A stretch of 64,000 nt of DNA from Myxococcota bacterium (GCA_041687695.1 JAWLBL010000014.1:32001-96000), one strand, 5' to 3'; positions 42,773 to 53,082 are shown, numbered from the stretch's first letter. The notes: a model not told the origin generated them from the letters alone. Translations and numbers: made by a program.

Positions 42773-44793
42773 CGACCCTCTGCCTCACCGGTCGCGGTCG
42801 CCTGATCCAACAGGTGCCGCTGCCAGAACAGGGCCAGCGCCCCGGTGTAGTAGTCGCGGTTTTTCTTCTTGGAGAAGCCGTGGCCCTCGTCGCGGGCCAG
42901 CAGGTACCACACGGGCGCGCCGCGGCCGCGGACGACCCGCACGATCTGCTCGGACTCGCTGGCGGGCACGCGCGGATCGTTGAGCCCCTGCGTGACGAAC
43001 AGCGGCTTGGTGATGCGGTCGGCCAGGGTCGTCGGGCTGATGGCCTCGAGGAACTTGCGCAGCTTGGGGTCGCGCTCGTCGCCGTACTCGGCGCGGCGAA
43101 GGTCCCGGCGGTATTCCTGGGTGCTCTCGAGGAAGGTCACGAAGTTCGAGATGCCGACGATCTCGGCGCCCGCCCGCAGCCGGTCGGGGTAGCGCGCCAT
43201 CGCGGCGAGGACCATGTAGCCGCCGTAGGAGCCGCCGTAGACGGCGACGCGGCCGGCGTCGAGCTCGGGGCGGGTCTTCACCCAGTCGAGCAGCGCCCCG
43301 ATGTCCTTGACCGAGTCCTCGCGCTTCATCCCGTTGTCGAGCAGCAGGTAGTCCTTGCCGTAGCCGGACGAGCCGCGGACGTTGGGCGCGACGACGGCGA
43401 CGCCCAGCTCGCGCACCCACGACTGCACGACCGACGAGAACCACGGGCGGATCTGCGACTCGGGGCCGCCGTGGATCATCACGACCAGCGGGAAAGGCCC
43501 CGAGCCGGTCGCCGGGCGGTAATAGAAGGCCGGGATGCGGCGCGGCTTGCCGGCGACCTCGTCGAAGGTCGGGAAGTCGACCAGCTCGGGGGCGACGAAG
43601 GCCGAGGGGTCGAGGCCGCCGACCTCGCTCTCGGTCCAGCGGGTGAGCGTTCGGCCGTCCGCGGACAGGGTGAAGACGTCGCCCGGGGTGGCGGCGGCGC
43701 TGAGGCCGAAGGCCAGGGCGTGGCCGTCGGGGGCGAAGCGCAGGCCGGTCAGGACGCCGGCGGGCAGCTCCGGCAGCGGGTCGGGGAGCGGGCGGAGGGT
43801 GGACAGCTGCCACAGGTGCAGGCGCGACAGGCCGCCCTCGTTGACGCTGAAGGCGAGGCGGTCGCCGGCGCGCGAGACGTCCAGGGCCTCGACGTCCCAA
43901 GGGATGCGCTGGGTCAGCCGCTGGACCTTGCCGGTGGCGAGATCGACGCGGGCCAGCTCGCGGAACTGGCCGAAGGCGTCGGTGACGAACAGGACGCCGC
44001 CGCGGCCGTCGTAGGCGGCGGGGCCGTGAGCGACCTTGGGGGCGACCTTGGCCTTGCCGGCGGGCACCAGCGGGCGGGTCTGGCCGGTGGCGGGGTCGAG
44101 CCGGTGCAGGGTGGACTCGTTGATCGAGACATAGTGGCGGACCAGCAGCTCGCGGCCGTCGGGCGCCCAGGCGATGGGCTCCCACATCCCCTGGACCTCG
44201 AGCGCGAGGCGCGGCGGCGCGTCGGTCGCCAGATCCAGGACGTAGACGTCGAAGTCGCGGCCGTTGCGGGCGGTGCCGACCCAGGCCAGCCAGCGGCCGT
44301 CGGGCGAGGCCCGCTTGCTCATGTGGCGCGAGCGCCCGTCGGTGACGCGCTCGGCGCGGCCGCTGGCCTGGTCGAAGAAGAAGACCTGGTAGTTCTCGGA
44401 GCCGCCCTCGTCCTTCGAGAAGAAGAAGCCGTCGCGGCCGGCCCAGGTGGCGGCCAGGATCTCGCGGACGGGCTCGCGCTCGAAGGTCAGCTGGGTGCGG
44501 GCGCCCAGCGGGCTGGCGACGCGGTGGGCCTGCTCGGTGTCGCCGAAGCGGGTGGTGATGAGGAGGCCGCCGCGCGGGCTCCAGTCCTGCAGCGAGGCGC
44601 TGCGTGTGTTCTGGTACTGCAGCAGGCGCTCGGTCAGGGCGGGCGGCAGGTCGGGCATGCCCGAGGCGAACAGCTCGGGGACCACCTCGCGCGCCTCGGG
44701 CGCGGGCGGGGTCCGGGCCTCGCTGCGGGCGAGGGCCTGCGCGGGCAGGGTGAGGGCGATGAGGGCGGCGAGGCTGCGCGTCAGCAGGGTCAC
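42769..44793 (-). CDS. S9 (prolyl oligopeptidase/acylaminoacyl peptidase) family peptidase
   Basis: Signal peptide; propeller region; IHGGPESQ, PNVRGSSGYGK, GGSYGG, QGLNDPRVP, DEGHGF. Confidence 0.94.
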   Translation of the reverse strand: MTLLTRSLAALIALTLPAQALARSEARTPPAPEAREVVPELFASGMPDLPPALTERLLQYQNTRSASLQDWSPRGGLLITTRFGDTEQAHRVASPLGARTQLTFEREPVREILAATWAGRDGFFFSKDEGGSENYQVFFFDQASGRAERVTDGRSRHMSKRASPDGRWLAWVGTARNGRDFDVYVLDLATDAPPRLALEVQGMWEPIAWAPDGRELLVRHYVSINESTLHRLDPATGQTRPLVPAGKAKVAPKVAHGPAAYDGRGGVLFVTDAFGQFRELARVDLATGKVQRLTQRIPWDVEALDVSRAGDRLAFSVNEGGLSRLHLWQLSTLRPLPDPLPELPAGVLTGLRFAPDGHALAFGLSAAATPGDVFTLSADGRTLTRWTESEVGGLDPSAFVAPELVDFPTFDEVAGKPRRIPAFYYRPATGSGPFPLVVMIHGGPESQIRPWFSSVVQSWVRELGVAVVAPNVRGSSGYGKDYLLLDNGMKREDSVKDIGALLDWVKTRPELDAGRVAVYGGSYGGYMVLAAMARYPDRLRAGAEIVGISNFVTFLESTQEYRRDLRRAEYGDERDPKLRKFLEAISPTTLADRITKPLFVTQGLNDPRVPASESEQIVRVVRGRGAPVWYLLARDEGHGFSKKKNRDYYTGALALFWQRHLLDQATATGEAEGR

Positions 44794-44923
44794 GGCGGGC
44801 TCCCAGGCGTCGTCGGGTCGGGAGCGCGGACTATCGCGGCGCGCGAGCCGCCCCGTCAATCCACCACCCCCGCGCCGCCGCTCAACCGCGGCCGGCCGCG
44901 GCGCATTCCGCCCGACGCGCGGC

Positions 44924-46408
44924 TCACGGCCCGACGGCGGCCCTCAGGCGCGCATCGGCCAGCCGCACGTCGACCAGCGCGCGGGCCAGCTCGAGGCGGG
45001 TCTGGGCGCGCTCGAGCTGCGCCTGGACGAGATCGCGGGCGCTGATGGTGCCCTGCCGGAAGGCGGCGGCGCGCGCGCGGTAGACGGCGTCCGCGGCGGC
45101 CAGGCCTTCGCGAGCGGCCTCGGCGGCGGCGCGGGCGCCGACGGCCTCGGCCCGCAGCTGCCCCAGCTCGGTCCGCACCGCGTCCTGCAGGGTGGCCAGC
45201 TCGGCGGCGATCTCCTCGGCCTCGGCGCGCCGCGCCTCCGCCTGGGCCGAGGCGGTCGCCGCGTCGTTGGGCGACCAGGACAGGGTCGCGCTGGCGTCCC
45301 AGGTCGCCCGCCACTCCTCCTGGGCCGGGATGATGCGCGGGTTGGGGTTGGCCAGGTCCGCCCCGAGCTCGAGCGCCAGCACCGGCCACGCGCCGCCCTG
45401 AGCGGCCTCGGCGCGCGCGCGGGCGGCCCGCAGCCCCTCGCGTAGGGCCCGCAGCTCGGCGCGCCCCTGGAGGGCGGCCGCCTCCAGCTCGGCTCGGGGC
45501 GTGACGTCGGCCGCGGCGATGGCGGTGAAGTCCTCGCCCGAGGCCAGCGCCTCGTCCGGGTCCATGCCCAGCAGCACCCGCAGGGCCGTGTCCGCCGCAT
45601 CGGCGCCCGCCGTCGCGCGCGCCAGCGCCAGCCGGGCCAGCGCCAGCTGCACCTCCAGCAGCTCGACCTCGACCCGCGCCAGCACGCCCTCGGCGGCGCG
45701 CCGGGCCGCCTCGTCGCGATGGGACCGGACCTCGGCCACCTCGAGCGCGGCCAGCGCCTCGGCGGCCCGCGCGGTGGCCAGCGCGTAGAAGGCCTCCACC
45801 GCCGCCAGCCCGACCTCGCGCGACTCGGCGCCCTCGCGGGCGCGCGCCGCCGCCTCCTCGGCCCGCGCGGCCCGCAGCGTCGGCCCGAGGCGCAGCCAGG
45901 CGTCCGTCGGGCTCCAGCGCGCCGCCGCCCGCACGACCCGCTGGTTCAAGATGACTGGGAAGCGAAAGCCCGTCTGGGCCAGCTCCCGATCGAGCTGCGC
46001 CTCGAGCAGCGCGCGCACGGCCGGGTCCTGCACCTGCGCGACCAGGGCGCGGGTCTCGGCCACGGCGGCCGGGTCGGGCGGCTCGATGAACGAGGGCGAC
46101 TCGACCTCGCTCAGCCGGGTGTAGGACGCCGTCAGGGTCAGCCTCGGGAGCAGCGCGACCAGCGCCTCCTCGGCCGCCGCGCGCGCCCGCTCGGCCGCCG
46201 CCCGCGCCCCCGCCAGGGCCGGCGCCCGCCGCCGGGCCCGCAGCGCCGCCGCGTCCGCGTCGAGGCCGCCCGGCGTCCCGGTGAGCAGGCGCTCGACGGC
46301 GGCGGCGGGCGGCTCCGGGGGGAGCGCCTGCTGTCCCGCGGCGGGGCGGGCGGCGCCGAGGGCGGCGGCGCAGACGATGACGGACAGGGCGCGCAAGGGA
46401 TGGACCAC
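44924..46408 (-). CDS. TolC-family outer membrane efflux protein
   Basis: LLPRLTLTASY, AWPVLAL, FRQGTISARDLVQAQ; divergent from MFP/ABC genes. Start codon uncertain. Confidence 0.85.
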   Translation of the reverse strand: MVHPLRALSVIVCAAALGAARPAAGQQALPPEPPAAAVERLLTGTPGGLDADAAALRARRRAPALAGARAAAERARAAAEEALVALLPRLTLTASYTRLSEVESPSFIEPPDPAAVAETRALVAQVQDPAVRALLEAQLDRELAQTGFRFPVILNQRVVRAAARWSPTDAWLRLGPTLRAARAEEAAARAREGAESREVGLAAVEAFYALATARAAEALAALEVAEVRSHRDEAARRAAEGVLARVEVELLEVQLALARLALARATAGADAADTALRVLLGMDPDEALASGEDFTAIAAADVTPRAELEAAALQGRAELRALREGLRAARARAEAAQGGAWPVLALELGADLANPNPRIIPAQEEWRATWDASATLSWSPNDAATASAQAEARRAEAEEIAAELATLQDAVRTELGQLRAEAVGARAAAEAAREGLAAADAVYRARAAAFRQGTISARDLVQAQLERAQTRLELARALVDVRLADARLRAAVGP

Positions 46409-46570
46409 GCGTGGGGGCGGACGGGGGGCGCATCGGGGCGCTCCTACCTTGACCGCGCAGCCCCGGGCGGCCAATGCTCAGGTCCTGTGCGCTCGGGCGA
46501 ACGGGGCCCCTCCCCTGCCCTCGCGAGCGCCGCCCCGGAAGGCTCCCCCAACCAGACGTCCAGGAACGCG

Positions 46571-47839
46571 ATGACCCGTCGCCGCGTGCTCGTCCTGCTC
46601 GCCACCCTGGTGGTCGCGGCCGCCGCCCTGTGGTGGTGGCTGCGTCCGGCCGAGGTCGGTGTGCTCCCGGTGACGCACGGGACCGCCGTCGAGGCGACCT
46701 GGGCCAGCGGCACCGTCACGCCGGTCGACGCGGCGGACGTCCGAGCGCTGGTGTCGGGCCCCATCGGCGCGCTGTACGTGCAGGAGGGCGACTTCGTGGC
46801 GCCGGGGCAGGTGGTGGCCGAGCTGTACCGGCCCGAGCTGGGGCACGAGGTGGCGGCCCGGCAGGCCGAGCTCGAGGCGGCCGAGGAGCGCCTTCGCAGC
46901 TCGCCCCAGGGCGAGCGCCTCGAGGCCGTGCGACAGGCGCTGGCGACACGGCTGGCGCAGGCGCGGCGGGACGCGCGGCGGCTGGCGGCGCTGGTCTCGG
47001 ACGGGGCGGCAAGTCCCCAGGACGCCGAGCGCGCGCGGGTCGAGGTCCGGTCGCTACAGGCCGAGCTGGAGGCGAACGTGGCCGAGCGCCGCGACCTGAC
47101 GATCGCGCTGGAGACCGAGGCGCAGCGCACACGCGCGGGGACGCTGGCGACCGCGGCGAGGGCGGACGACCGCTTCGTGCGCGCGCCCATCGGCGGGCAG
47201 GTGCTGACGCTGGCGGTCGAGGCCGGCGAGGTGGTCGGCGCCCAGCAGGCGCTGATGCGCGTCGGGTCCACCGAGCGGATGCGGGTGGTGGCCGAGGTGG
47301 ACGAGGCCGACGTGCCGCGGGTGCACCTGGGGACGCGCGCGCTGGTGCGCCTGTATGCGTTCGAGGACCAGGTGCTCGAGGGGACGGTGGTCCACATCGA
47401 CCCGGCGGCCGACGCCCGGCGGCGCACCTTCGGGGTCGACGTCGACCTGCGGGCGCCCCCGTTCGGGGTGCGGCCGGGCATGACCTGCGAGGTGAACCTG
47501 ATCCTGGCCGAGCGGCCGGGCGCCCTGCTGGCGCCGGCGGCGGCGATCCGGGGCGACGTCGATCGCGACGGTGACGAGACGGCCTGGGTGTGGGTGGTCG
47601 ACGGCGGGCGGCTCGCGCGGCGCGAGGTGACGCTGGGGCTGCGCGACCTGGACTGGGTCGAGGTGCGGCGCGGCCTGGCGCTGGGCGAGCGCGTGGCGGT
47701 GACCGTGCCCGAGGACGCCGCCGAGGGCGATCGGGTCGAGGGCGTGCCGGCGCCGACGCCGCCGCGGCCGCTGTCGTCGACGCCCGGGGCGCCGGGGGCG
47801 ACCGACCCGATGACCGACCGCCCGGAGGCCGCCCCGTGA
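46571..47839 (+). CDS. Efflux periplasmic adaptor (membrane fusion protein)
   Basis: N-terminal TM; LYVQEGDFV, VRAPIGG, AEVDEADV, VRPGMT. Confidence 0.9.
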   Translation: MTRRRVLVLLATLVVAAAALWWWLRPAEVGVLPVTHGTAVEATWASGTVTPVDAADVRALVSGPIGALYVQEGDFVAPGQVVAELYRPELGHEVAARQAELEAAEERLRSSPQGERLEAVRQALATRLAQARRDARRLAALVSDGAASPQDAERARVEVRSLQAELEANVAERRDLTIALETEAQRTRAGTLATAARADDRFVRAPIGGQVLTLAVEAGEVVGAQQALMRVGSTERMRVVAEVDEADVPRVHLGTRALVRLYAFEDQVLEGTVVHIDPAADARRRTFGVDVDLRAPPFGVRPGMTCEVNLILAERPGALLAPAAAIRGDVDRDGDETAWVWVVDGGRLARREVTLGLRDLDWVEVRRGLALGERVAVTVPEDAAEGDRVEGVPAPTPPRPLSSTPGAPGATDPMTDRPEAAP

Positions 47840-49098
47840 ACGGCCGTCGCCTGTCGCTGTTCATCGCGCTGCGCCAGCTGTGGGAGCGCAAGCTGCTCAA
47901 CAGCATCGCGGTGGCCGGCGTGTCGCTGGGCGTGCTGGTGCTCATCGGGATGAGCGGCATGATGCAGGGCTTCCAGCTGAAGTTCCTGAGCGAGATCCTG
48001 CGCGTGTCGCCCCACGTGACGCTGTTCGACAAGGAGCTGCGCGACCGGCCGCGCATGCTCGAGGCGGTCTACCCGGGGCCGCTCGCCGCCCAGGTGCGCC
48101 GCGAGCAACCGACCGACCGCGAGACGCGCATCGAGCGCCCGCGCGACATCATCGCGGCCTTGGAGCGCATGCCCGTCGTCACCGGGGCCTGCCCCACCCT
48201 GTCGGGCCAGGCGGTCGTGACCTTCGGCGCCAAGAGCCAGGGCATCGATCTACGCGGCATCGACCCGGCCACGCAGGAGGCCTGCACGCCGCTCGAGCAG
48301 TTCGTGGTCGAGGGGCGCTGGCGCGGGCTCGACACCTCGGCCGACGGGGCCGCGCTGGGCCTCGAGCTGGCCGAGGAGCTGGGCGCCCGGCTCGGCGACC
48401 GCCTCACCCTGGTCGCCCCCGAGGGCGACACCTACGCGCTGCAGGTCGTCGCCCTGTTCGCGACCGACTTGCCGCAGCTCGACGCCACGCGCGTGTACGT
48501 CTCGCTCGCCAACGCCCAGCTCTACCTGGACCGCCCCAACGTCGTCGGCACCCTCGAGGTCCGCCTGGCCGACCCGGAGGCCGCCCCCGAGGTGGCCGCC
48601 CGCCTCGAGCGCATGACCGGCTACGACGCCGAGAGCTGGCAGGAGGCCAACGCCAACTTCCTGTCGCTGTTCGAGATGCAGAACATCATCATCCGCCTGG
48701 TCATCGGCGCCATCCTCGTCGTCGGCGGCTTCGGCATCCTGGCCATCCAGATCATGATCGTCCTCGAGAAGACGCGCGACATCTCCATCCTGCGCGCCGT
48801 CGGCCTCGAGCGGCGCGACATCCTGCGCGTCTTCCTGCTCCAGGGCCTCGTCGTCTCGCTGGTCGGCGCCCTGTTCGGGGCCGTGCTGGGCTGGCGCCTG
48901 CTCGAGTTCCTCTCGACCCTCGAGGTCCGCTCCGAGGGGCTCGTCAAGAGCACGACCTTCCTCGTGAACAAGGACCCGATGTACTACGTGTGGGGCGTCA
49001 CCTTCGCCCTGCTGACCGGCCTCGTCGCCAGCCTGGTCCCCGCCTGGCGCGCCTCGCGCGTCGAGCCGGTCGAGGTGCTGCGAGGGCGCGGCGGATGA
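47836..49098 (+). CDS. ABC transporter permease (MacB/LolE/FtsX-like)
   Basis: GTGA overlap; AVAGVSLGV, VLEKTRDISILRAVG, PAWRASRVEPVEVLRG. Confidence 0.92.
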   Translation: MNGRRLSLFIALRQLWERKLLNSIAVAGVSLGVLVLIGMSGMMQGFQLKFLSEILRVSPHVTLFDKELRDRPRMLEAVYPGPLAAQVRREQPTDRETRIERPRDIIAALERMPVVTGACPTLSGQAVVTFGAKSQGIDLRGIDPATQEACTPLEQFVVEGRWRGLDTSADGAALGLELAEELGARLGDRLTLVAPEGDTYALQVVALFATDLPQLDATRVYVSLANAQLYLDRPNVVGTLEVRLADPEAAPEVAARLERMTGYDAESWQEANANFLSLFEMQNIIIRLVIGAILVVGGFGILAIQIMIVLEKTRDISILRAVGLERRDILRVFLLQGLVVSLVGALFGAVLGWRLLEFLSTLEVRSEGLVKSTTFLVNKDPMYYVWGVTFALLTGLVASLVPAWRASRVEPVEVLRGRGG

Positions 49099-49796
49099 CG
49101 GCGGCCCCCCAGCCCGAGCCCCAGCCCCGCCCCGCCCTCGAGGCGCGCCAGCTGGTCCGCGTCCTGGGCGAGAAGGTGAAGACCGAGGTCCTCCACGGGC
49201 TCGATCTCGTCATCGGCCGCGGCGAGTTCGTCGCCATCACCGGCCACAGCGGCTCGGGCAAGAGCACGCTGCTGTACCTGCTCGGGGCCCTCGACCGGCC
49301 CACCTCGGGGCAGGTGCTCGTCGACGGCGTCGACATCGACCGGCTCGACGACGACGGCCGCGCCGCGCTGCGCAACCGCAAGCTCGGCTTCGTCTTCCAG
49401 TTCCACTTCCTGCTGCCCGAGTTCGACGCCGCCGAGAACGTCATGATCCCCATGCTGCGCGGCGGCCTCGAGCCGGCCCAGGCCCGCCGCCGCGCCGAGG
49501 AGGCCCTGGACTTCCTGGACATGAGCGAGTACGCCCGCCGCCGCCCCGACGAGCTGTCGGGCGGGCAGCAGCAGCGCGTCGCCGTCGCCCGCGCCATCGC
49601 CTCCGACCCGCTCATCGTCCTGGCCGACGAGCCGACCGGCAACCTCGACAGCGACAGCGGCGAGCGGGTCATCGCCCTGTTCGAGCGCCTGAACCGCGAG
49701 CGCGGCATGACCATCGTCATGGTCACCCACGACCTGGCCTTCGCCCGGCGCGCCAGGCGCCACGTCGTCCTCAAGGACGGGCGCGTGGTGTCCTGA
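49095..49796 (+). CDS. ABC transporter ATP-binding protein (LolD/MacB-like)
   Basis: GHSGSGKST, LSGGQQQRVAVARA, LADEPTGNLD, VTHD. Confidence 0.96.
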   Translation: MTAAPQPEPQPRPALEARQLVRVLGEKVKTEVLHGLDLVIGRGEFVAITGHSGSGKSTLLYLLGALDRPTSGQVLVDGVDIDRLDDDGRAALRNRKLGFVFQFHFLLPEFDAAENVMIPMLRGGLEPAQARRRAEEALDFLDMSEYARRRPDELSGGQQQRVAVARAIASDPLIVLADEPTGNLDSDSGERVIALFERLNRERGMTIVMVTHDLAFARRARRHVVLKDGRVVS

Positions 49797-49822
49797 CCGC
49801 CCCCGCGCTACAACGACCGCCC

Positions 49823-50731
49823 ATGGAACCGCTCTCGCTCGACCAGCTGCGCGTCTTCGTCGCCGTCGCCGACGCCGGGGGCTTCGCCGCGGCCGCGCGC
49901 GAGCTCCACCGCGCCCAGTCGGCCGTCAGCTACGCCGTCGCCAACCTCGAGCGCCTGCTCGACGTCACCCTCTTCGACCGCTCGCGCCAGCGCGCCACCC
50001 TGACCGACGCCGGGCACGCCCTGCTCGCCGAGGCCCGCGTCCTGTGCGCCCAGGCGAGCCGCCTGTCCGCGCTCGCCCGCACCTTCCGCGCCGGCGTCGA
50101 GCCCGAGGTCTCCCTGGCCGTGGACGTCGTCTTCCCGACCGACCGCCTGGCCGCCAGCCTCCGCGAGTTCCAGGACCTCTTCCCGGGCGTGCGCCTGGAT
50201 CTGCGCGTCGAGACGATGTGGACCGTCGCCGAGCTGGTCGCCGAGGGCGCCTGCGTCTCGGGCATCTCCGGCCCGGTCCCGCAGCTCCCCGAGGGGCTGG
50301 TGCGCCGCCGCATCCCCGGCTTCCGCATGCTGCCGGTCGCCGCGCCCGACCACCCGCTGAGCGTCTCGCCCGGCCCGTTCCCGCTGGCCGACACCCGCCG
50401 CCACATCCAGCTCGTCCTGTCGGACCCCAGCCGCCTCGCGCGCGGCAGCGAGGGCCCCGGCCTCGCCGGCGGGGCCAGCTGGCGCCTGGGCGACCTGCAC
50501 ACCAAGCACGCCCTGCTGCGCGCCGGCCTGGGCTGGGGCTTCATGCCCGACCACCTCATCGAGGCGGATCTCGCCTCGGGCGCCCTCGTCCGCCTGCCGC
50601 TGGCCGACGCGGACGACCTGCCGACGCCGCTGTACGTCCTGCACCGCTCCGACGCGCCGCCCGGCCCGGCCGCGCGCTGGCTCATCGACCGTCTCTCGGA
50701 CCTGCCGCCGCCTTCCCACCAGGCCAGCTGA
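49823..50731 (+). CDS. LysR-family transcriptional regulator
   Basis: LDQLRVFVAVADAGGFAAAARELHRAQSAVSYAVANLE; GLGWGFMP. Confidence 0.96.
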   Translation: MEPLSLDQLRVFVAVADAGGFAAAARELHRAQSAVSYAVANLERLLDVTLFDRSRQRATLTDAGHALLAEARVLCAQASRLSALARTFRAGVEPEVSLAVDVVFPTDRLAASLREFQDLFPGVRLDLRVETMWTVAELVAEGACVSGISGPVPQLPEGLVRRRIPGFRMLPVAAPDHPLSVSPGPFPLADTRRHIQLVLSDPSRLARGSEGPGLAGGASWRLGDLHTKHALLRAGLGWGFMPDHLIEADLASGALVRLPLADADDLPTPLYVLHRSDAPPGPAARWLIDRLSDLPPPSHQAS

Positions 50732-50737
50732 TCGAAA

Positions 50738-50756
50738 CCATCGAACTTTTCGATGG
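50738..50756. promoter_or_regulatory. LysR-type binding box upstream of the YceI-family gene
   Basis: Perfect inverted repeat CCATCGAA-ctt-TTCGATGG containing T-N11-A. Confidence 0.7.
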
Positions 50757-50942
50757 GATTCGCTGAACTTTCGTGGGTTCACGGGTGTTCCAGGCTCGTC
50801 CAGAGTGAGCCGTTGCCGGCACCGGCATTGGCCAATGGCCCGTCACGGGCCCACGACATCGGGGCCGCCCACCATCGTCCACGCCGATACCCACCGGGGG
50901 ATCCGCGCGCGGCGGCCCGAGCGACCTCATCCAGGAGCAACC

Positions 50943-51656
50943 ATGCGCGTTCGTCACGTCCTCCTCGCCGCCGCCCTCGGCTTCACCGGCCTCACCGCCG
51001 CCACCGGCTGCGCCAAGAACCCCGCCGACGACAAGCCCAAGGCCCAGGTCGGCGAGGCCGTCGATCCCAAGGCCGCCGAGGGTGACGAGGCGGACAAGCC
51101 CGCCGAGGCCCCGACCGGCCAGGTCGACAAGGCCCCCGAGGCCGACAAGGCCGCCGCGGCGACCAAGCTGGCCGTCAGCCCCGACAACAGCGAGATCGCG
51201 TTCACCGGCTCGAAGGTCACCGGCAAGCACGACGGCGGCTTCAAGCAGTTCAGCGGCTCGGTCGAGCTGACCGGCGACGACCCGACCACGGCCAAGATCG
51301 ACCTCACCATCGAGATGGCCTCGGTGTTCACCGACAGCGAGAAGCTGACCGGCCACCTGCAGAGCGACGACTTCTTCTCGGTGCCGACGCACCCGAAGGC
51401 GACCTTCCAGTCGACGGCCGTCAAGGCCGGCGGCGAGGGCGGCGCGACGCACACGGTCACGGGCAACCTGACCCTGCGCGGCGTCACCAAGTCGATCACC
51501 TTCCCCGCGACCATCGCGGTGGCGGGCGACAAGGTGACCGCCAAGAGCGAGTTCGCCATCAACCGCAAGGACTTCGGCATCAACTACGCCGGCATGCAGG
51601 ACGACCTCATCCGCGACGAGGTGGTCCTGCGCCTCGATCTCCAGCTCCCGCGCTGA
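50943..51656 (+). CDS. YceI-family lipoprotein
   Basis: RBS AGGAG; lipobox ATGC; SEIAF, HDGGF, HLQSDDFF, GNLTLRGVTK, INRKDFGI. Confidence 0.92.
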   Translation: MRVRHVLLAAALGFTGLTAATGCAKNPADDKPKAQVGEAVDPKAAEGDEADKPAEAPTGQVDKAPEADKAAAATKLAVSPDNSEIAFTGSKVTGKHDGGFKQFSGSVELTGDDPTTAKIDLTIEMASVFTDSEKLTGHLQSDDFFSVPTHPKATFQSTAVKAGGEGGATHTVTGNLTLRGVTKSITFPATIAVAGDKVTAKSEFAINRKDFGINYAGMQDDLIRDEVVLRLDLQLPR

Positions 51657-51729
51657 GGCGGCGGGCCGTCCTGGCCGGCGCGTGTGACGGCGCGCGCCGG
51701 CCAGGACGGCGACGGGAGGCCAGACCGCC

Positions 51730-52764
51730 TCAGCCGCCGGCGCCCAGGTCGCCGACCAGCGCCAGCTGACGCCGCAGCGTGTCGCCCTCGCGCTGCCACC
51801 AGCCGGGCGTGCCCAGCTGCGGGAAGGTCTCCTGGAAGACGGGATCGCCCTGCCGCCGCGCGGCCCAGACGGCGTAGCGCAGCATCCGCAGCCCCCGCAG
51901 CGGCTCGACCAGCCGCAGCCAGCGCGGGTCGAAGTCGCGGAACTGCCGATAGGCCCGCACGACCAGGTCCAGGCGGCGCCGCCCCTCGGCGTCGGGCGCG
52001 GGCGCCAGCATCCAGAGGTCCTGCACCGCCGGCCCGACCCGCAGGTCGTCGAAGTCCAGCAGCCGCACGCCGTCGGGCGCCCACAAGAGGTTGCCCAGGT
52101 GGCAGTCGCCATGCAGGCGCAGGGTGGGAACGCCCTCGAACAGGGGCTCGACCCGCTTGGTCAGCGCCTGGGCCGCGGGCAGCCAGTGCGAGCGGACCTC
52201 GCGCGGCAGCCCCCGGGTGTGGCGCGCCCAGGCCAGCTCGTCGGCGACGAACTCGGCCGGGGTCAGCCGGGGCCGCGCCGGCTCGTCGCGCAGCGCGCCG
52301 ACCGCGTGCACGCGCGCCATCAGCCGGCCCACGACGCCCAGCTGCTCGTCGGTCAGCTCCTCGTGGCTGCGGCCGCCGACCCGCGGAAACACGGCGAAGG
52401 ACAGGCCCTCGTGCTGCCCCAGCGTGCCCCCGCCCACCAGCGGCAGCGGCGCCACGACCGGCAGCTCGCGCGCGGCCAGCTCGCCCAGGAAGGTGTGCTC
52501 GGCCTCGAGCGCGGCCTGCGACCAGCGCCCCGGGCGGTAGATCTTCAGGACGACCCAGCGCCCCGGCGCCTCGTCCTCGTCTTCATCGCCGCGCGCCTCG
52601 CCCTCGAGCTCGACCATGTAGACCCGGTTCTCGAGCGCCCCGAGCGGCAGAAACCGCCCCGTCGCCCGCCCTCCGGCTCGCTCGGCCAGCGCCAGCACGA
52701 GCTCCGGCCGCCCCTGCCCGACCGCGAAGAAGCGCTCGGTGCTCCCATCGTCCTTCTGCGCCAT
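51730..52764 (-). CDS. srkA: Stress response kinase A (RdoA/YihE-like)
   Basis: LENRVY, KIYRPGRWS, EHTFL, LHGDCHLGNLL, DFDD, GPAVQDLWML, LVEPLRGLR, DPVF. Confidence 0.88.
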   Translation of the reverse strand: MAQKDDGSTERFFAVGQGRPELVLALAERAGGRATGRFLPLGALENRVYMVELEGEARGDEDEDEAPGRWVVLKIYRPGRWSQAALEAEHTFLGELAARELPVVAPLPLVGGGTLGQHEGLSFAVFPRVGGRSHEELTDEQLGVVGRLMARVHAVGALRDEPARPRLTPAEFVADELAWARHTRGLPREVRSHWLPAAQALTKRVEPLFEGVPTLRLHGDCHLGNLLWAPDGVRLLDFDDLRVGPAVQDLWMLAPAPDAEGRRRLDLVVRAYRQFRDFDPRWLRLVEPLRGLRMLRYAVWAARRQGDPVFQETFPQLGTPGWWQREGDTLRRQLALVGDLGAGG

Positions 52765-52832
52765 CCGCGCAGCATCCCGCGCCGCCCCACGGAGTCAACG
52801 CCCAGGCCCGACCGCCTCGAGCCCGGCCGCCG

Positions 52833-53064
52833 AGGCCGTGGCGGAGACCGGGGCCGTGGCCGTGGCCGTGGCGGAGGCCGTGAGCGTGGCCGTGGCCGTG
52901 AGCGTGGCCGTGGCCGTGGCGGAGACCGTGGCCGTGGCCGAGACCGTGGCCGTGGCGGAGACCGTGGCCGTAGCGGAGACCGTGGCCGTGGCCGAGACCG
53001 TGGCCGTGGCGGAGGCCGTGAGCGTGGCCGTGGCCGTGGCGGAGGCCGTGAGCGTGGCCGTGGC
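52833..53064. repeat. Intergenic GTGGCC-based short-unit array (copy 3; reverse orientation relative to copies 1 and 2)
   Basis: About 230 bp of GTGGCC/GTGGCG/GAGACC/GAGGCC/GTGAGC hexamers. Confidence 0.88.
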
Positions 53065-53082
53065 GGCCGCGGCCCACGCCCG

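Noticed and set aside
46571..49796. lolCDE assignment
   Set aside because: An MFP and a divergent TolC indicate a MacAB-TolC-like exporter, so no gene symbol was given.
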